Shown here in pieces: positions 61,592 to 64,000 of a DNA stretch of 64,000 nt. This stretch comes from Thermodesulfobacteriota bacterium (GTDB taxonomy: Bacteria; Desulfobacterota_D; UBA1144; Nemesobacterales; UBA2774). Each line of letters starts with the position of its first letter. The stretch's first letter is position 1. The stretch lies in contig OY729416.1 of assembly GCA_963422265.1 (NCBI GenBank), positions 1,719,596 to 1,783,595 on the forward strand, written 5' to 3'. The position numbers and the translations under genes were made by a program. Under the pieces are notes generated by a model, which saw nothing but the letters and a program-made list of their open reading frames with translations, searched no databases and was not told where the DNA came from.

Positions 61592-63037
61592 TTGAAAAAG
61601 AAGATTTTGGTCGTAGATGATGAAGAGAGCATAAGATGGGTGGTTGGCAAGTGTCTTGAAAAAGCGGGTTATTGGTTGGATACGCGGAGAACGGCTCTCA
61701 AGCTATAGAAAGCGCTACTTCGGGCGACTTTTGTTCAGTAATTCTTGATATAACAATGCCTGACGTAAACGGGCTTGAGGTTATGTCGGAGCTGAAAGCC
61801 CGCGATATAGAGATCCCGATTATTATCATTACGGCGCAGAACACGGTTAAAAACGCCATAGATGCTATGAAGCTGGGCGCATACGATTATGTAGCCAAGC
61901 CTTTTGATCTCAATGAGGTAACTATAACGGTGCAAAGGGCTATTGAGAGTTACGAGAATGCAAAGCGGCTAGACCTTTTAAGATGCTCACACAATAGCGC
62001 TGGGGAGCTGAAGCCACCAACCACTCCGATAGTCTGCATTTTATAGTGGGAAGAACTCAACCCATGCTCAATATCTATAAAATGATAGGGCGGGTGGCGG
62101 AAAGAGATATAACGGTGTTGATAACGGGAGAGAGCGGCACGGGGAAGGAACTTGTCGCAAGGGCTATACACTCAAACAGCAAGCGGAAAGATAGAAAAAT
62201 CGTAGCGGTTAATATCGCCGCCATTCTAAGGAGCTTCTTGAAAGTGAGTTGTTTGGCTACGAGAAGGGCGCTTTTACGGGTGCTGGCGGGTTAAGAAGGG
62301 GAAGATTTGAGGAAGCGCATAATGGCACGCTTCATCTGGATGAAATAGGCGATATGCCCGCTGACCTTCAAACTAAAATCCTAAGAATTTTAGAGGAAAG
62401 GCAGTTTTACCGTCTCGGTAGTGAGAAACCTACTTCAGTTGACGTCCGTATAATTGCATCAACTAACAAGAATCTCGAACAAGAGGTGAAGAACGGAAAC
62501 TTTAGGGAAGACCTTTACTACAGACTCAACGCCATAACAATAGAAATTCCCCTTTAAGGGAAAGGCTCGAGGACGTTATTCCACTCGCCCTACATTTTTG
62601 GATAAATACTCCAAAGAGTTGGGTATCAGGAAAAGGCTTATGTCTGAGGATGCCCAACGAGCCCTCCTTAGCTACGACTGGTATGGCAACGTCCGGGAGC
62701 TGGAAAACATGATTAAACGCTTGCTCGTTCTGACGTCCGATAGCGTGATTACGAAAGAGACCTTATTAGATATTGCTCCACCCCTTGAGGGAGGAATAAG
62801 AGGCTCATGTGATTCCTTAGATAAGCTCATAACGAATGAGATTAAACTTTTGTTAGATGGATCGGGAGAGGGTAGCTCAGTGAAAGTTTATGAAGAAATG
62901 ATGAGAAAGGTAGAAAAACCCCTTATTAAGTCGGTGCTCGCCGTTACCAAAGGAAATAAGAAAAAGGCGGCTTCTCTTCTGGCATAAACAGAAACACGCT
63001 TTCCAAGAAGATAGAAGAGTTGGGATTAAGAGAATAG
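61592..63037 (+). CDS. NtrC-family sigma54 response regulator (apparent frameshifts, likely read errors)
   Basis: Pieces in successive frames: KILVVDDE, LDITMP, GESGTGKE, GAFTGA, FREDLYYRLN, W.GNVREL, GINRNTL (Fis HTH). Confidence 0.88.
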
Positions 63038-63039
63038 GG

Positions 63040-64000
63040 AAGGGATGTCTGAACTGTGATTTTATGAGCTATGATTAAAAGAATAAAGGACAAATCCCCC
63101 TTGATTCCCCTTTGTCTAAAGGGGGAGAAGAAGAAATTCCCCTCCTTTTGTAAAGGAGGGAAAGGGTGGATTTTCTTGTTTGTAGGGGTGTGTGCTAGGC
63201 GATGTCCTGAACTTGTTGAAGAGGGGGGGATAAGGGATGGTTGATCTTCCCTGATGTTCTATCAAATCCCCCTGTATCCCCCTTTGTCTAAAGGGGGAAT
63301 GTGTGCGGAAGGGTTTACATTCCTCGTTCCCCTGGTTGGTGGGACTGCCGAGGGGAACTTGTTGAAGGGTGGTCGCCCAAAGGTGTGGTGAGATGTGGGT
63401 AACCACAAGGGTTACCCCTACGAAATGATGGTGTGGGTGATGTGGGAGTATAAGGGATGATTGATCTTCCTGATATTCTATCAAATCCCCCTATATCCCC
63501 TTTTCTAAAGGGGGAGTATGTAAGGAAGGGGTTACGTTCCTCGTTCCCCTGGTTGGTGGGACTGCCGAGGGGAACTTGTTGAAGGATGGTCGCCCTAAGG
63601 TGTGGTAATGTGGGTAACCACAAGGGTTACCCCTACGAAATGATGGAGAGGGTGGGAATGACGAGGGTATGTGGGAGTATAAGGATGATTGATCTTCCCT
63701 GATGTTCTATCAAATCCCCCTTTTCTAAAGGGGGAATGTGTGAGGAAGGGTTCACATTCCTCGTTCCCCTGGTTGGTGGGACTGCCGAGGAGAACTTGTT
63801 GAAGGGTGGTTGCCCTAAGGCTTGAATGTGAGGGTAACCACAAGGGTTACCCTACGAAATGATGGAGAGGGTGGAATGACGAGGGGATGTGGGAGATAAG
63901 GGATGATTGATCTTCCCTGATGTTTTATCAAATCCCCCTGTATCCCCTTTTCTAAAGGGGGAATGTGTGAGGAAGGGTTCATGTTCCTTGTTCCCCTGGT
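63040..64000 (+). repeat. Composite repeat cluster running off the window end
   Basis: Several ~230-bp composite units. Confidence 0.9.

Noticed and set aside
60188-63037. hom and the NtrC-like gene as true pseudogenes or programmed frameshifts
   Set aside because: About ten breaks, apparently single-base losses and often in short runs, are confined to the window end, where repeat copies also lack single bases; this points to low-coverage long-read error
2722-63843. Many 60-150 aa ORFs containing PPLEKGD.GGFD, QIPLYPPFLKG or SPFRKGG
   Set aside because: They are translations of the repeat modules in several frames and on both strands, without consistent RBS or starts

Overview
Bacterial chromosomal window; the gene set resembles Deltaproteobacteria/Dadabacteria, which is only an inference from protein style. 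Housekeeping genes: xseA, aroA, cmk-rpsA-sppA-lapA, lipA, an orphan nuoN, parAB, purSQ, the dcw cluster mraZ..ftsZ without ddl, an iscS-like desulfurase, tRNA-Ala(GGC), hom and an NtrC-type regulator. Roughly a fifth of the window (hand estimate ~14 kb) is intergenic DNA built from a small vocabulary of palindromic modules. These are concatenated, nested in each other, tandemly amplified, locally homogenised and sometimes recruited into protein termini; no transposase lies in the window. Embedded in the repeats are two paralogous surface-protein families: single-FN3 proteins with almost exclusively non-synonymous divergence, and lipoproteins with variable stalks. A shared C-terminal GC-TM-basic signal occurs on three unrelated secreted protein types. 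There is also a doubly frameshifted Panacea-type TA pair. Next to the tRNA lies a stripped phage module: CI repressor with promoter/operators, a replication initiator with iteron-like repeats, and a terminase split into ATPase and nuclease genes, with no integrase, cro or capsid genes. The last ~3.5 kb carry many single-base deletions that look like long-read errors.
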